This document shows positions 9,754 through 21,000 of a stretch of 64,000 nt of DNA, one piece after another. Position numbers and translations under genes: made by a program. Positions within the stretch are counted from its first letter, which is position 1; each line of letters opens with the position of its first letter. This DNA comes from Phycisphaeraceae bacterium (GTDB taxonomy: Bacteria > Planctomycetota > Phycisphaerae > Phycisphaerales > Phycisphaeraceae). The notes under the pieces are model-generated. The model made no database searches, was not told where the DNA came from, and was given only the letters and a program-made list of their open reading frames with translations. The stretch lies in assembly GCA_963674705.1 (NCBI GenBank), contig OY771506.1:4576001-4640000 (forward strand). The letters run 5' to 3'.

Positions 9754-12700
9754 ATGGGACTCAAGCATATTGATTCTTCAATCTACTGTGTATCGGGTTT
9801 AGTCCTTGCGATGCTCGCAGTTGAGCCTGCCAGCGCGGCGATCTACGAATGGGAATACATCGATCCCGCCAATCCCTCGGCAGGCAAGCAGGAATCCTCC
9901 ACGCTCGTACCCAACGGCGCCGACCTCTACGCCCTGCCCAGGATCGACCTGCGACGCATCCTGGATCGAGCCTACCTCATCGATGCCCCCCTCTGTGGGA
10001 CCAACATGTCCGGCGCTCCCATGACGGACGCCGACCTGACACGCGCCGACCTGAACCTCGCCAACTTCTCCACCAGTGTACTCGCCGGTGCCGTCTTCGA
10101 TCAGGCAACCATCATCGGCGCAAACTTCACCGGCACGGTCCAGTACGGCTTCACCGAAGCTCAACTGGCGTCCACCGTTTCCTACCAGCAAAACAACCTC
10201 AGCCGCGTCTCGCTTGCTTCCAACGACCTGACGGGCTGGGACTTTTCCGGCAAAAACCTCACCGGTGCCGACTTCAACGAAGCCACGTTAACCGATGTGA
10301 ACTTAACCGGGGCCGTCGTCCGTGGTGTGGACTTTTCACACAAGTACAACCGTGGATTCACCGAAGCGCAACTCAAATCGACCGCCAGCTATCAGGCCAA
10401 AGACCTGCGAGGCATCGGCTTCGAACTCACCAACGTCACCGGCTGGAACTTCCAGGGCCAAAACATGACCGGCGCTCAAATGTCCGAGGTACGCTTGCAG
10501 GACGCCAACCTCAACGGCGCAAACCTGTCCCTCGCTGACATGAGCGCCGGCCGGTTCACTAACACGCAGATGGTCGGCGCGAACCTAACGTTAGCGGACA
10601 TCGCAAGCGAATACGTAGACGGGCTGAATCTGACCGACGCCATTGTCCTCGGCACAAACCTGTCTCGCCACACCACCAAGGAGCAGGTTTATTCAACACA
10701 TAGCTATAAAGCAGGCTCACTGCGATCAATCGGATTACGCGGGGCCGATGTGCGTGGCTGGGATCTGGCCGGTATGGACCTGAAAAACGCCAACTTCTAC
10801 GACGCCAACATGTCCGTAGCCAACCTCGCCGGTGCCGACCTGTCATTGGCGAACCTTCAGGAAACAACCAACCTCAACCGCGCTGATCTGTCAGGCGCAC
10901 GCATCAACCGTACTCAACTGCCTTCAGACTTCAGTTGGCAGCAATTGGCGTCCACCGCAAGCTATCAGAACCACGACCTGCGTGGGATCAGACTCGTTCG
11001 AGGCGACCTCACCGATTGGGACCTTTCGGGCCAGGACCTCACAGACGCTTACATGACATATGCAACACTGACCAACGCCGACCTGTCCGGTGCAAACCTG
11101 ACCGACGCCCAGCTCCATTCCGACGACTACACCAGTGCCAACTTCACCGATGCGATCATCAAAGGCGTGTCACTGCGTGTTGGTACGGCTTCCGGTTTCA
11201 CCGAGTCGCAGCTTACATCGACCGCCAGCTACAAGGCCGGCGACCTGACCGGGGTCGACTTCTATGGTAATGACATGTCGGGCTGGGACCTTTCAGGCCA
11301 GGACTTTTCACGAGCGAATCTTGAAGGCGCCACCCTATCAAGGGCAGACTTGCGTAATATCCACGTGATCGAGGGGAAGATATTCCGGGCTACGGCTGAT
11401 GGCGCTAACTTCGCGGATGCGGTGATCCGCGAATCCGGCCTGCACGGCATCAACCTGACCAACGCCAACCTCTTCCGCGCTGATCTTTCCGACTCAGTTC
11501 TGGAAGGTGCCGAGATGCGAGGCGCGATCCTCAGCGGCGCCGTCATCACCGGCACCAGCTTCGAAGGCGCGGACCACCTGACCTTGCAGCAACTCGCCAG
11601 CACCGCAAGCTACCAGGCCAAGAACCTGCGCGGCGTCAACCTCAGCTACATGAACCTCGCCGACTGGAACTTCGTCGGACAGGACCTGACCGACGCCACC
11701 ATCTATGTCTCCGGCTGCGGCTGCTCGCTTGTCGGCGCAGACTTCACCGATGCCATCATCAACGGTGCATGGATCTACCCGCTGACCCAAACACAACTCA
11801 CCAGCACCGCCAGCTACAAGAACCGCGACCTGAGCTACATCAGGCTATCGGATAACAGCCTGCGCAACTGGAACTTCTCGGGCCTGAACCTGACAGGTGC
11901 TCAGTTCGACGATGCGACTGTCATCAGCACAAACTTCACCGACGCCATCATTAACGATGCCAACTTCGGCTACGGCACGGACCACGGCTTCACCGAAGCG
12001 CATCTCAAATCCACCGCCAGCTACAAGGCCCATGACCTGTCCGGGATCATCCTCACGAAGAATGATTTAACCGGCTGGGATTTTTCCAACCAGGACCTGA
12101 CCGGCGCATCGATCATCAGTTCCACGCTGACCGGGGCCGACTTCAGCGGCGCTATCATTCGGGATGCAAACCTTGGACGTTCTGATTACGAAGGCGGAAT
12201 CACCCGGCAGCAGCTTGAATCGACGGCCAGCTACCAGGGCGGCGACTTGCGCGGTGTGAGTTTTTCGGGCAACGATCTTTCCGGCTGGGATTTATCCGGT
12301 CACAACCTGTCCGGTGCGGACTTCCGCAGCTCGCTTCTGATCGGTACGGACTTCACAGACAGCAACATTCAAAACGCCAACTTCCGCTCAACGACAGGCA
12401 GCGTGTTCACCATGGAGCAGCTCGCCAGCACCGCCAGCTACAAGGCCAGCGATCTGCGCGGCGTCGACTTCAGCTACAACCTCCTTGTCGGCTGGGACTT
12501 CAGTGGCCAGGACCTGACCGGGGCGAACTTCTACAGCAGCTATCTACTCGGCGTCAACTTTGAAAACGCCATTATCCGCAACGCTAACTTATCATCGATT
12601 TCTAACGGCACCATATTCTCCGAAGAGATGCTCGCAAGCACCGCAAGCTACAAGGCACGGGACCTGCGCGGCGTGCTCATGGAATCGGTGCACGTCGAGC

Positions 12701-13413
12701 AGTGGGACTTCTCACACCAGAACCTCGAAGGCGCAAGCTTCCGCAATTCCCTCTTAAGCGCTACGGACTTCTCATACGCAAACCTCAAGTATGTCGACTT
12801 CTACGGGACGCTGTTCAATCTCACCGACCTGACCGGCGCGGATATGCGCGGTGCAATCAACGTCGAATGGTACAGTCTGGAAGTGGCCTATACCCCAAAC
12901 ATGATCCGCCCCGACGGCCGGATGCTCGACGGCCTGGTGATCACGGACGGCCAAACCATGACCATCCGGGATTACGACACGATCATCGACGTCGATGCCG
13001 ACGCCGACGATGTCGGCATGCCCATCAATATCCTCCAGGCGATGCAGATCGGCGCGGACGGGACACTCCGCTTCGTGTTCGATGATACGCAATGGGGCTC
13101 GACCATGACCTTCGATCCGAGAATCGAGGCCGTGGTTTTCGACGGCACGCTCGACTTCGTCGTCGACTTAGATAAAGGTCTGAATATTCAGGACCTGTTG
13201 GGCGTCGAGTTCCAGCTATTTAACTATGTAGATGTTTTGGTCGACGGCCGGTTCGCTTCTATCCATGTCGACCCGCTTATCATCGACGCCGGGCTCAACA
13301 TCGATACCAGCCGGCTCTACTCGGACGGCGTTGTCAGCTTCGTACCCGAACCGGCCTCCGCGGTTCTGTTGGGTCTGGCGAGCATGTGCATGATGCGTCG
13401 CCGTCGAAATTGA
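9754..13413 (+). CDS. Pentapeptide-repeat surface protein with PEP-CTERM anchor
   Basis: SD AGGAG; signal peptide; many A(D/N)Lxx pentapeptides; ends VPEPASAVLLGLASMCMMRRRRN. Confidence 0.9.
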   Translation: MGLKHIDSSIYCVSGLVLAMLAVEPASAAIYEWEYIDPANPSAGKQESSTLVPNGADLYALPRIDLRRILDRAYLIDAPLCGTNMSGAPMTDADLTRADLNLANFSTSVLAGAVFDQATIIGANFTGTVQYGFTEAQLASTVSYQQNNLSRVSLASNDLTGWDFSGKNLTGADFNEATLTDVNLTGAVVRGVDFSHKYNRGFTEAQLKSTASYQAKDLRGIGFELTNVTGWNFQGQNMTGAQMSEVRLQDANLNGANLSLADMSAGRFTNTQMVGANLTLADIASEYVDGLNLTDAIVLGTNLSRHTTKEQVYSTHSYKAGSLRSIGLRGADVRGWDLAGMDLKNANFYDANMSVANLAGADLSLANLQETTNLNRADLSGARINRTQLPSDFSWQQLASTASYQNHDLRGIRLVRGDLTDWDLSGQDLTDAYMTYATLTNADLSGANLTDAQLHSDDYTSANFTDAIIKGVSLRVGTASGFTESQLTSTASYKAGDLTGVDFYGNDMSGWDLSGQDFSRANLEGATLSRADLRNIHVIEGKIFRATADGANFADAVIRESGLHGINLTNANLFRADLSDSVLEGAEMRGAILSGAVITGTSFEGADHLTLQQLASTASYQAKNLRGVNLSYMNLADWNFVGQDLTDATIYVSGCGCSLVGADFTDAIINGAWIYPLTQTQLTSTASYKNRDLSYIRLSDNSLRNWNFSGLNLTGAQFDDATVISTNFTDAIINDANFGYGTDHGFTEAHLKSTASYKAHDLSGIILTKNDLTGWDFSNQDLTGASIISSTLTGADFSGAIIRDANLGRSDYEGGITRQQLESTASYQGGDLRGVSFSGNDLSGWDLSGHNLSGADFRSSLLIGTDFTDSNIQNANFRSTTGSVFTMEQLASTASYKASDLRGVDFSYNLLVGWDFSGQDLTGANFYSSYLLGVNFENAIIRNANLSSISNGTIFSEEMLASTASYKARDLRGVLMESVHVEQWDFSHQNLEGASFRNSLLSATDFSYANLKYVDFYGTLFNLTDLTGADMRGAINVEWYSLEVAYTPNMIRPDGRMLDGLVITDGQTMTIRDYDTIIDVDADADDVGMPINILQAMQIGADGTLRFVFDDTQWGSTMTFDPRIEAVVFDGTLDFVVDLDKGLNIQDLLGVEFQLFNYVDVLVDGRFASIHVDPLIIDAGLNIDTSRLYSDGVVSFVPEPASAVLLGLASMCMMRRRRN
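10147..12680 (+). repeat. 11 copies of a 'FTxxQLxSTASYxxxDLRG' insert punctuating the pentapeptide coils
   Basis: Counted in the translation: STVSY once, STASY nine times, STHSY once. Confidence 0.85.
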
Positions 13414-13450
13414 TGTGCTGCAAACAGTTCGTTTCTCCCTCGCAGGGTTT

Positions 13451-16400
13451 ATGAAAATGATTGATAAACATCATCTGACGATAACGGCCGGCTATATCAC
13501 CTGTGCGATCCTGTCTGCCGCAGCGCACGGCGAAACCGCGACGTGGGACGCCGGCGGGCTCGTTCCTTATTGGAGCACGCCGGAGAACTGGGTCGGTGAT
13601 GTTGCCCCGGCGAACGACGGAACAGCGGATATCAACTTCATTACCAATCCCCCGGCTACGCCCATCCTGATCCAATCCTGGTCGATCCATTCGCTGAACA
13701 TGTTGGATGCTACCAAATTGATGTCGTTGTCAGGCGATACGCTGACGATCGGCGCGGGCGGTTTTAATGCTACCCCTATTGGCTCTTACAACACACCCAC
13801 ACTGATCTGGAACAACATCACACTCTCGGCAGCCCAGACCTGGCAAAACACGTTGAAGTACACCGATCTGGCTGGTGACTTTGATGCTGGCGGTTACCAC
13901 CTGACGATCAATAACACCGGCAGGTTTACTTTCTTAGAAGATGCCAATTTTTCGGGCGGTCTGACCAAACTCGGCAGCGGCACGCTGTACTTCGATAACA
14001 CACCAACCGCCAGCAACGGCGTCTCGATGCGGGCGGGTGTGCTGTCGATCCCATCACCGATTACCGGTGGCGTTCAACTCAGCGGCGGCGCACTTGAAAC
14101 ACGCGGCGACTGGGATGTCACGGACCTTCTCGCGTCAAATTCGATCAGCGGCGACCTTATCTGGAGCGATGTAGCGGATATCACGTTCGGTGGAACCAAC
14201 CTGCTCGACTTCGCCACTGTCGGTGCGAGCGGCCCCGTGCGTATGGGCGCAAGTGTCGACAGCTCGATCAGCGCGTCGGTGGTCATCATCCCGGACCCTG
14301 CATCACGCACGCTGCACTTCGGCGCAGGTGACGCCGAACTGACTGTCAACAGTAACTTGACCGACTCCGCCGCAGGCCCAACCCACCTGACTTTCTCAGG
14401 CAGCGGAACCACTATCCTCAACGGTTCAAACACATACACCGGCATCACCACCATTTCAGGTGGCGTCGTCGAAGCGAATACCCCCACCGCTTTCGGAACC
14501 ACCAACAATCCCACAACCGTTACGGGCGGTGATGTGCTTGTCAACGCCACCACCAGCGAAGCATTCATCGTTGAAGGTGGAACGTTGCAGACATCGAGGC
14601 ACGTCGATTCCACGTTCAATATCTCCGGCGGCACGTTAACGTTAGTCGATCCATACACGATGACGTTTGACAATGTCATCACCATGAGCGGCGGAACTCT
14701 TAATTACAGGGTAGATCCCAACAACACCGGTATCGTCACCAGTCCTATCACCGTCGAAGGCGGTGGCCGCGTCACGATAGGTGGCTATGCCAGTTATGAC
14801 GAAGTCCATCTGGCCGGCCCGATCACTGGCGACGGCAGCATTGCTTTGCAGACGATCTACACCCACCTCGTGATCGATAGCTCCATGTCGCATACCGGCG
14901 ACACCATCATCTACCACGATAGTAAACTCAATGAGACGTGGGATCACGGCGTCTATTTTGAATCGACACAATCCTTTGGCGGCGACCTGATTATCGAACG
15001 AGGCTTCCTCGTCAACAACGCGCCGAACACCGTGCCGAACCTCATCATGATCGACGGCCGAGTCCAAGGCTCCGCGCCGCTGACCGTGCTGAATCCGATC
15101 CTGAACCTGCCCGCAGGCGAGATCAACATCCCGGGCGGACTGGTCGGCATCACAGATATCCGCAAGATCACCATGGACGAAGCTCGCCTCATGGACTTCG
15201 GCACCCAGATCAATCCGACGGTCACCGTCGAAGCGGGCAGGCTCGTGCTGGGTAAAGCTGCCGGCGAAGCTGCCGACGGCCCGGTCACGATTCTAACGAA
15301 TGCGCAGGCTGACATCGCGATCGACAGCACCGTCGATGTCGCGGTCGATATCCAGCTCAACAACGGCAAGGGCATATCCTATTCCGGCGCACTGACCAAT
15401 GATGAAGTCGGTCGCGTCAGCGGCACGATCTATCTCGGTGATCAAGGCGCCTACATCGGCGGGATCGATACGGATGGGTATAACGATTACCACTACCTCA
15501 GACTGTCAGGACGAATCACCGGCGGGGACCTGACCAAGGTCGGCGCTAACCGTGTCGTCATCGCGGGGGCCAACAACGACTACACCGGTGAAACAACCAT
15601 CGTCGACGGCGTCCTGCACATCACCGACGGCGGGCAACTCACCACAACCAGTTCGATTAACATCCGTGGCGACGGTGTCCTGCGCCTCGATGACGGTACA
15701 CTCAACAGCAACTGGAACCACATCGGCGATGACATCCCCATCCACATGCACAACGGTATCGTTGAGCTGATATCACCTATCAATCTACCTGTCTATGAAG
15801 AAACCTTCGGCGTGCTAAACCTCGATCGCGGTGGCGCGGTCTTTGTTTCTGACCAGGAATCGTACGGCACAGCGACACCGCAGATTGTCACGTTCGACCG
15901 GATCAGACGCCAATGGTCTGCCACCGTCGCGTTCCAAAGCGATTGGGGACGGATGGGTGTTGTCGATGGCGCCATCACCTACAAACTTCTCAACACACCA
16001 ACACTGAACGACGGCATCATCGGAGGCTGGGCCGTTACCATCGTCCCGGGATACAACGAAGTCGACTTCGTCACCTACGACCCGGTCCTCGGTATCTCCC
16101 CCCTGTCCGCCACCGGTCGTCCTTCGGATATCAACACCGCCGGCGCGGCCGACAACGTGATGCTCAGCGGCGATTCAATCATGACCGCCGACCGCACGAT
16201 CAATTCACTGCACATGAATGAATCCGACCTCGACCTCGGCGGCCACAAACTGACCATCGACAGCGGCGGCATGATCCTTGGCGGCATCGGCAGCACACCG
16301 ACAATCGAAAACGGGCAGCTCGCCAGCGGTGCGGACACCTCCGAACTCATCATGCTTGTCGGTAGAACAAACCATTCGCACAGCGGCGCGATCTACGCCG

Positions 16401-17962
16401 ACATCGTGGATGGCTCCACCGGCAGGACGGACCTGGTCGTCTCCCGCTACCGTCAAGAAGCTGCCACGTACATCCGACTCCACGGCAACAACACCTACAG
16501 CGGCACAACGTTTGCCAATAAAGGCGCGGGCATCCTTGTCTATGAAGCCTCTGCCGTGCCGACCATGAACGATCTTGTCTTGAACGGCGGCTATTACAAC
16601 ATCCTGATCGACAGCGGAGAGATACAGTTTGGGGATATCTGGCTGCGGGACGATGCCGAACTGGTATCACAAAACTACAACGGCCTGTCCGCCGGGTTGA
16701 TCTTCGTCGAATCCGGTTCCATCCGAGCCGACCTGCATGACTTCACTTCACTGATCAAAACATCCACCGGCGTGCTGACGATCGGTTACGCAAACAACGA
16801 CCAGTACCAGGAAATGACAAATAGCAACGCGATGGGTTACTTCGACTTCCACGAAGGCATCGTTGTCGTGCAACCCACTTATGGATTTGGCAATGCAATA
16901 GCCACCGTCCATGATGGCGCGCGATTGGTCCTTGACCGCAGAGTTTATGCTGATGACTCGATCATGCACGGCAATATCGATCTGGAAGGCGGCGAGCTTG
17001 CGGCCGGCTACAAAGAGGACCTTATCCTGCAAGGCTCACTCGGTGTCATCTCCGATTCAACCATCTTGACGAACTACGGCCTTGCCGGCCTGGATTACAG
17101 CCATTCCGCCTACGATGTCAGCGACCCCTTCGGTGCACGCCATATCACACTCGACTGCGATACATGGGTATGGCATGACGTCACCCTCACCGCAAAAGGC
17201 AGCGGATCATTGACCATCATCGGCAACCTGGAAATGGCTCCGGGCTCAACCATCGCCGGCAACGTCCTGGTAAAACCGTCATCCGGCAACACCATCAACA
17301 CCACCGGCACCATCGAAGGCAACGTCGTCATCGGTGATGGTGCAACCGCGATCCTGCCCGGTAATGAATCCGTCCAGTTAACCGTCCTCGGTAACTACAC
17401 GCAACTGCTCGGTGGCGTTCTGGATATCACACTGTCTGCCGATGACTTCACAACTGCCAACGCCTCAGCAAGCTTATCCATCACCGGCTCCACCGAATTC
17501 GCGGGCGAACTGCTCGTGAGTCTGCCCGACGGTTTCACGCCCGACTTCGGCGACCAATTCACACTCATCGCCGCCGACTCCTTGCTCGGTGAATTCGATA
17601 ACGTCACCCTGCCCTCGCTCAGCGAAAACATGATGTGGACGATGCTTCAGGACGAAACGAGCCTGAGCCTGTACGTATCAAGCCTGATTCAAGGCGATTT
17701 GAACGATGATGGTTTTGTCGGCCTCGACGACCTGGATATCGTCTTAAGAAACTGGAACGATACCACACCGCTGAACGATCCACGCGCCGACGTCTCCGGC
17801 CCGGACGGCGTTCCCGACGGCTTCGTCGGCCTCGACGATCTTGACATCATCCTCCAGCATTGGAACCAAGGCACACCGTCATCATCAAACACTAACATCC
17901 CCGAACCCCACAGCCTCTCAATCCTGGGAATCGGCTGCCTTGCGATGCTGCGACGACAATAG
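13451..17962 (+). CDS. Autotransporter-associated beta-strand repeat surface protein with dockerin-like module and PEP-CTERM
   Basis: LTKLGSGTL, GSNTYTGITTISGG, NNDYTGETTIVDG, GNNTYSGTT; GDLNDDGFVGLDDLDI pair; IPEPHSLSILGIGCLAMLRRQ. Confidence 0.88.
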   Translation: MKMIDKHHLTITAGYITCAILSAAAHGETATWDAGGLVPYWSTPENWVGDVAPANDGTADINFITNPPATPILIQSWSIHSLNMLDATKLMSLSGDTLTIGAGGFNATPIGSYNTPTLIWNNITLSAAQTWQNTLKYTDLAGDFDAGGYHLTINNTGRFTFLEDANFSGGLTKLGSGTLYFDNTPTASNGVSMRAGVLSIPSPITGGVQLSGGALETRGDWDVTDLLASNSISGDLIWSDVADITFGGTNLLDFATVGASGPVRMGASVDSSISASVVIIPDPASRTLHFGAGDAELTVNSNLTDSAAGPTHLTFSGSGTTILNGSNTYTGITTISGGVVEANTPTAFGTTNNPTTVTGGDVLVNATTSEAFIVEGGTLQTSRHVDSTFNISGGTLTLVDPYTMTFDNVITMSGGTLNYRVDPNNTGIVTSPITVEGGGRVTIGGYASYDEVHLAGPITGDGSIALQTIYTHLVIDSSMSHTGDTIIYHDSKLNETWDHGVYFESTQSFGGDLIIERGFLVNNAPNTVPNLIMIDGRVQGSAPLTVLNPILNLPAGEINIPGGLVGITDIRKITMDEARLMDFGTQINPTVTVEAGRLVLGKAAGEAADGPVTILTNAQADIAIDSTVDVAVDIQLNNGKGISYSGALTNDEVGRVSGTIYLGDQGAYIGGIDTDGYNDYHYLRLSGRITGGDLTKVGANRVVIAGANNDYTGETTIVDGVLHITDGGQLTTTSSINIRGDGVLRLDDGTLNSNWNHIGDDIPIHMHNGIVELISPINLPVYEETFGVLNLDRGGAVFVSDQESYGTATPQIVTFDRIRRQWSATVAFQSDWGRMGVVDGAITYKLLNTPTLNDGIIGGWAVTIVPGYNEVDFVTYDPVLGISPLSATGRPSDINTAGAADNVMLSGDSIMTADRTINSLHMNESDLDLGGHKLTIDSGGMILGGIGSTPTIENGQLASGADTSELIMLVGRTNHSHSGAIYADIVDGSTGRTDLVVSRYRQEAATYIRLHGNNTYSGTTFANKGAGILVYEASAVPTMNDLVLNGGYYNILIDSGEIQFGDIWLRDDAELVSQNYNGLSAGLIFVESGSIRADLHDFTSLIKTSTGVLTIGYANNDQYQEMTNSNAMGYFDFHEGIVVVQPTYGFGNAIATVHDGARLVLDRRVYADDSIMHGNIDLEGGELAAGYKEDLILQGSLGVISDSTILTNYGLAGLDYSHSAYDVSDPFGARHITLDCDTWVWHDVTLTAKGSGSLTIIGNLEMAPGSTIAGNVLVKPSSGNTINTTGTIEGNVVIGDGATAILPGNESVQLTVLGNYTQLLGGVLDITLSADDFTTANASASLSITGSTEFAGELLVSLPDGFTPDFGDQFTLIAADSLLGEFDNVTLPSLSENMMWTMLQDETSLSLYVSSLIQGDLNDDGFVGLDDLDIVLRNWNDTTPLNDPRADVSGPDGVPDGFVGLDDLDIILQHWNQGTPSSSNTNIPEPHSLSILGIGCLAMLRRQ

Positions 17963-18094
17963 TGTTAACCCCTCTTTTTTAGTGTAATACATCGTCAATA
18001 TCACGCTTATTGCTGATCTTCCCCATTGCACAGGGCCTGTCAGCATATAAAATAGTCGTGTATCTACACCGCCATACCAAGTGGGGAAATCACA

Positions 18095-21000
18095 ATGCCG
18101 GGACGCGATCAATCTCTTTTTACATCCACGCTAAAGCGAACAACTTCTCCTCAGATAGATTCGACATCTACTAACATCCACTTCGAGCCCCTCGAACCGC
18201 GCCTGCTGCTCAGCGCAACAGTAATCGATCCAAACCTCGTCGAATCCATATCCACCTCGGCACAGGAGGTGTCTGCCCCCGCCGACGCCGCGGATTCTTT
18301 CTACCATCAGCAAACGCAATACGACAACTTCTTCTGGCCAAACACTATCTCGTTCGACTTCGCGATTGATCCGGACGCGATCGACGGCCTCATCGACATC
18401 ACCGCCCTCTCCGATCTCAACGGCACCGGCGAAACCGTCGCCTACGACATCGAAGGCATCGTCGCCGGCACCCTCTTCACCGCCGAAGACGACGGCCTGC
18501 GCCCCTTCACCGCTTCCATCCAGATCAGCGACGCCGACCTCGCCACGATCGCGGCGGATGGCAACCTGCATATCGAGTTCACCCCGTCTTCCAACGTCGA
18601 TGATTACTACGACGTACAGGAATACGTCACCGTCGCCCTGTCTTACCAGGTCATCCAGACCGGCTCCATCTCCGGCCTTGTCTGGGCCGACATCAACGCC
18701 GACGGCACGCACGATCCCGACGAACCCGGCCAATCAGGCGTCACCGTGTTCCTCGATACCAATCAGAACGGCCAGCTCGACTGGACCGATACCGATGCCG
18801 ACCAGCTCTGGTCCCCCGGCGAAGGTGAACAATGGATCAGCACCGACGAAACAGGTCAGTACGTATTCAACGAACTTCCGCCCGGCGATTACCCCGTCGT
18901 GATCGAACCCGCTAGCTGGCAGAAACTGACAACATACGCGAACAACGCCTGGTCAGACATGCCGATTCTTGTCGATGCCATTTCCGGACCTGATATCTAT
19001 CCCTACACGAGCTTCGGGAATCGTGTAGCGGATTCGGGCGAACGTTTACTGGTTATCGCGACGCTGCCGCCGGTTGAGGGATATCTTGGTGGGGGTTATA
19101 TCTATCACAAAACATCCGAAGGCTACCGCCTGGAAGGTGTAGTGCAAATCCCGGAAGGCATCGGTGTAGATAGACTGAATCTCAGTGAAGTCGCGATAAC
19201 CGATGATTGGGTCGCCATCTCGGGATGGACCCTGAACGATGATTATGAAGGCCCGGCCATCACCATGTTCCACCGGACTGGCAGCACGTGGTCGCTGCAT
19301 TCAGTCGTCTACGCACCGGGCACCGATACAATCGATCCGCCTTACTTTTACCAAAGCGCATTAATTGCAATGGCTGGCTCGACGATGACGGTCACCTCAC
19401 TCAGGACGCAACAAGCCTGGGTCTTTGAATATCAGGATGGCATCTGGACAGACGTCGCCGACATCACACCCGATGATATCACACGCATAAACGCCTATCC
19501 TTATCCGGACGATGCTTTCGGTCATGATGTGGTGATGGACGAAAATACGATCGTCATCGGTGCACCCGGTCAATACGATGAACCGACGCAAGGCTATGGC
19601 GCGTTGTACATCTATGAACGTGTCGACGGCGTCTGGACCCAAACCGCCAAATTCACGAATACCGACGGCTCTAAAGTCAGACTAGGAACAACTCTGGACC
19701 TATCAGGCGATCTGCTCATCTCAGGCGCCCCCAATCGAACCGGTATCGTCAGCACTGGATATGTTTACATTTACAGGAACACACCCGACCAGGGTTGGCA
19801 GTTGGAACAACGATTATCGGAGACGACATCGGCTACGGCAACTACTTCGGCGCAACCGTGGCAATCGTCGGCAATGTCATCGCCGCCCAGGCCCGCAGCT
19901 ACGGCACTGATACCTCCAATAACGCCGTCTACTTGTTCGAGTATGACGGTACGACCTGGATTCAGACAAACAAGCTGCACTCCGACACACTCGGCACCAG
20001 CACCGGTACAGTATATGCCGTCGATGACACGCTCATTCTCCCGAATACCGGTTACGATATCGAATCAAGCAACGAAGGACGTGTGTTCTTTTATCAACCC
20101 GACAACGCGACCTACCAGACCACCGTCTCCCTCAGCGAAGGTCAACTCTACAACCTCGATGATGTGGGTGTGACACACACCGCCCCATCCATCACACTGC
20201 TGGCAGACAGCGACACAGGCATCAGCAGCTCCGACCGTAACACGTCGCTGAACAATCACGATGGTGGTTCACTACTCACCTTCTTTGTCAGCGGCGTCGA
20301 GCCCGGCTCCATTGTCACGCTCTTTGACAACGACGGCGACAGCATCGGCTCCGCACAGGCAACCGGTAACAGCCTGTACATCACAACCGACGGCCAGACC
20401 ACACTCGCCGACGGCCTGCAATGGATCGAATTGAGCATCACAAGCCCAACCGGCGATACATGGGCTACCAGTCAGTGGATCGATCTCGTCATCGATACTG
20501 TCGCGCCCGTCGCGCAGGTCGACCCGCAATCCACGGTCGCACTGCTACCGAGCCTGTCAGGCTACGTCAACGAACCGGATGCGCAGGTCAGCGTATTCAT
20601 CGGCCTGGATGTGTTCAACGTGGACCCCGATGAAACAGGGCAATGGACCATCGCGCAAGGCGATATGCCCGCACTCAACATCGGAACCTACAACGTCGTT
20701 GTATATGCAACAGACTTGGCGGGTAACTTCAGCGTTACCGAATTCCAAGACGCCCTGGCAACAACCGCCCCATCCGAGATTTCCGGCGTCGTCTGGCGCG
20801 ACATTAACGGTAACGGCATACAGGAAGTCAACGAACCCGGCCAGGCTCAGGTCGCTGTTTACCTCGACCTGAATGTCGACGGCAGATGGAACGCCGACGA
20901 ACCACGGCAATTCACCTCCGAAGATATCACCGACACACCCGAAGACGAAGCCGGCCATTATCACTTCACCGATCTGCCGGAAGGTGATTACTTCATCCGC

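Noticed and set aside
10147..12680. Recurring ACCGCCAGCTAC DNA repeats considered as a CRISPR or DGR-like array
   Set aside because: They are in-frame, degenerate at third positions and irregularly spaced; no cas or reverse transcriptase gene is present.
19811..20173. Tail of ORF 18095..20173 and a separate start for ORF 19795
   Set aside because: Both are artefacts of the frameshift; the tail is S/T/P-rich out-of-frame sequence.
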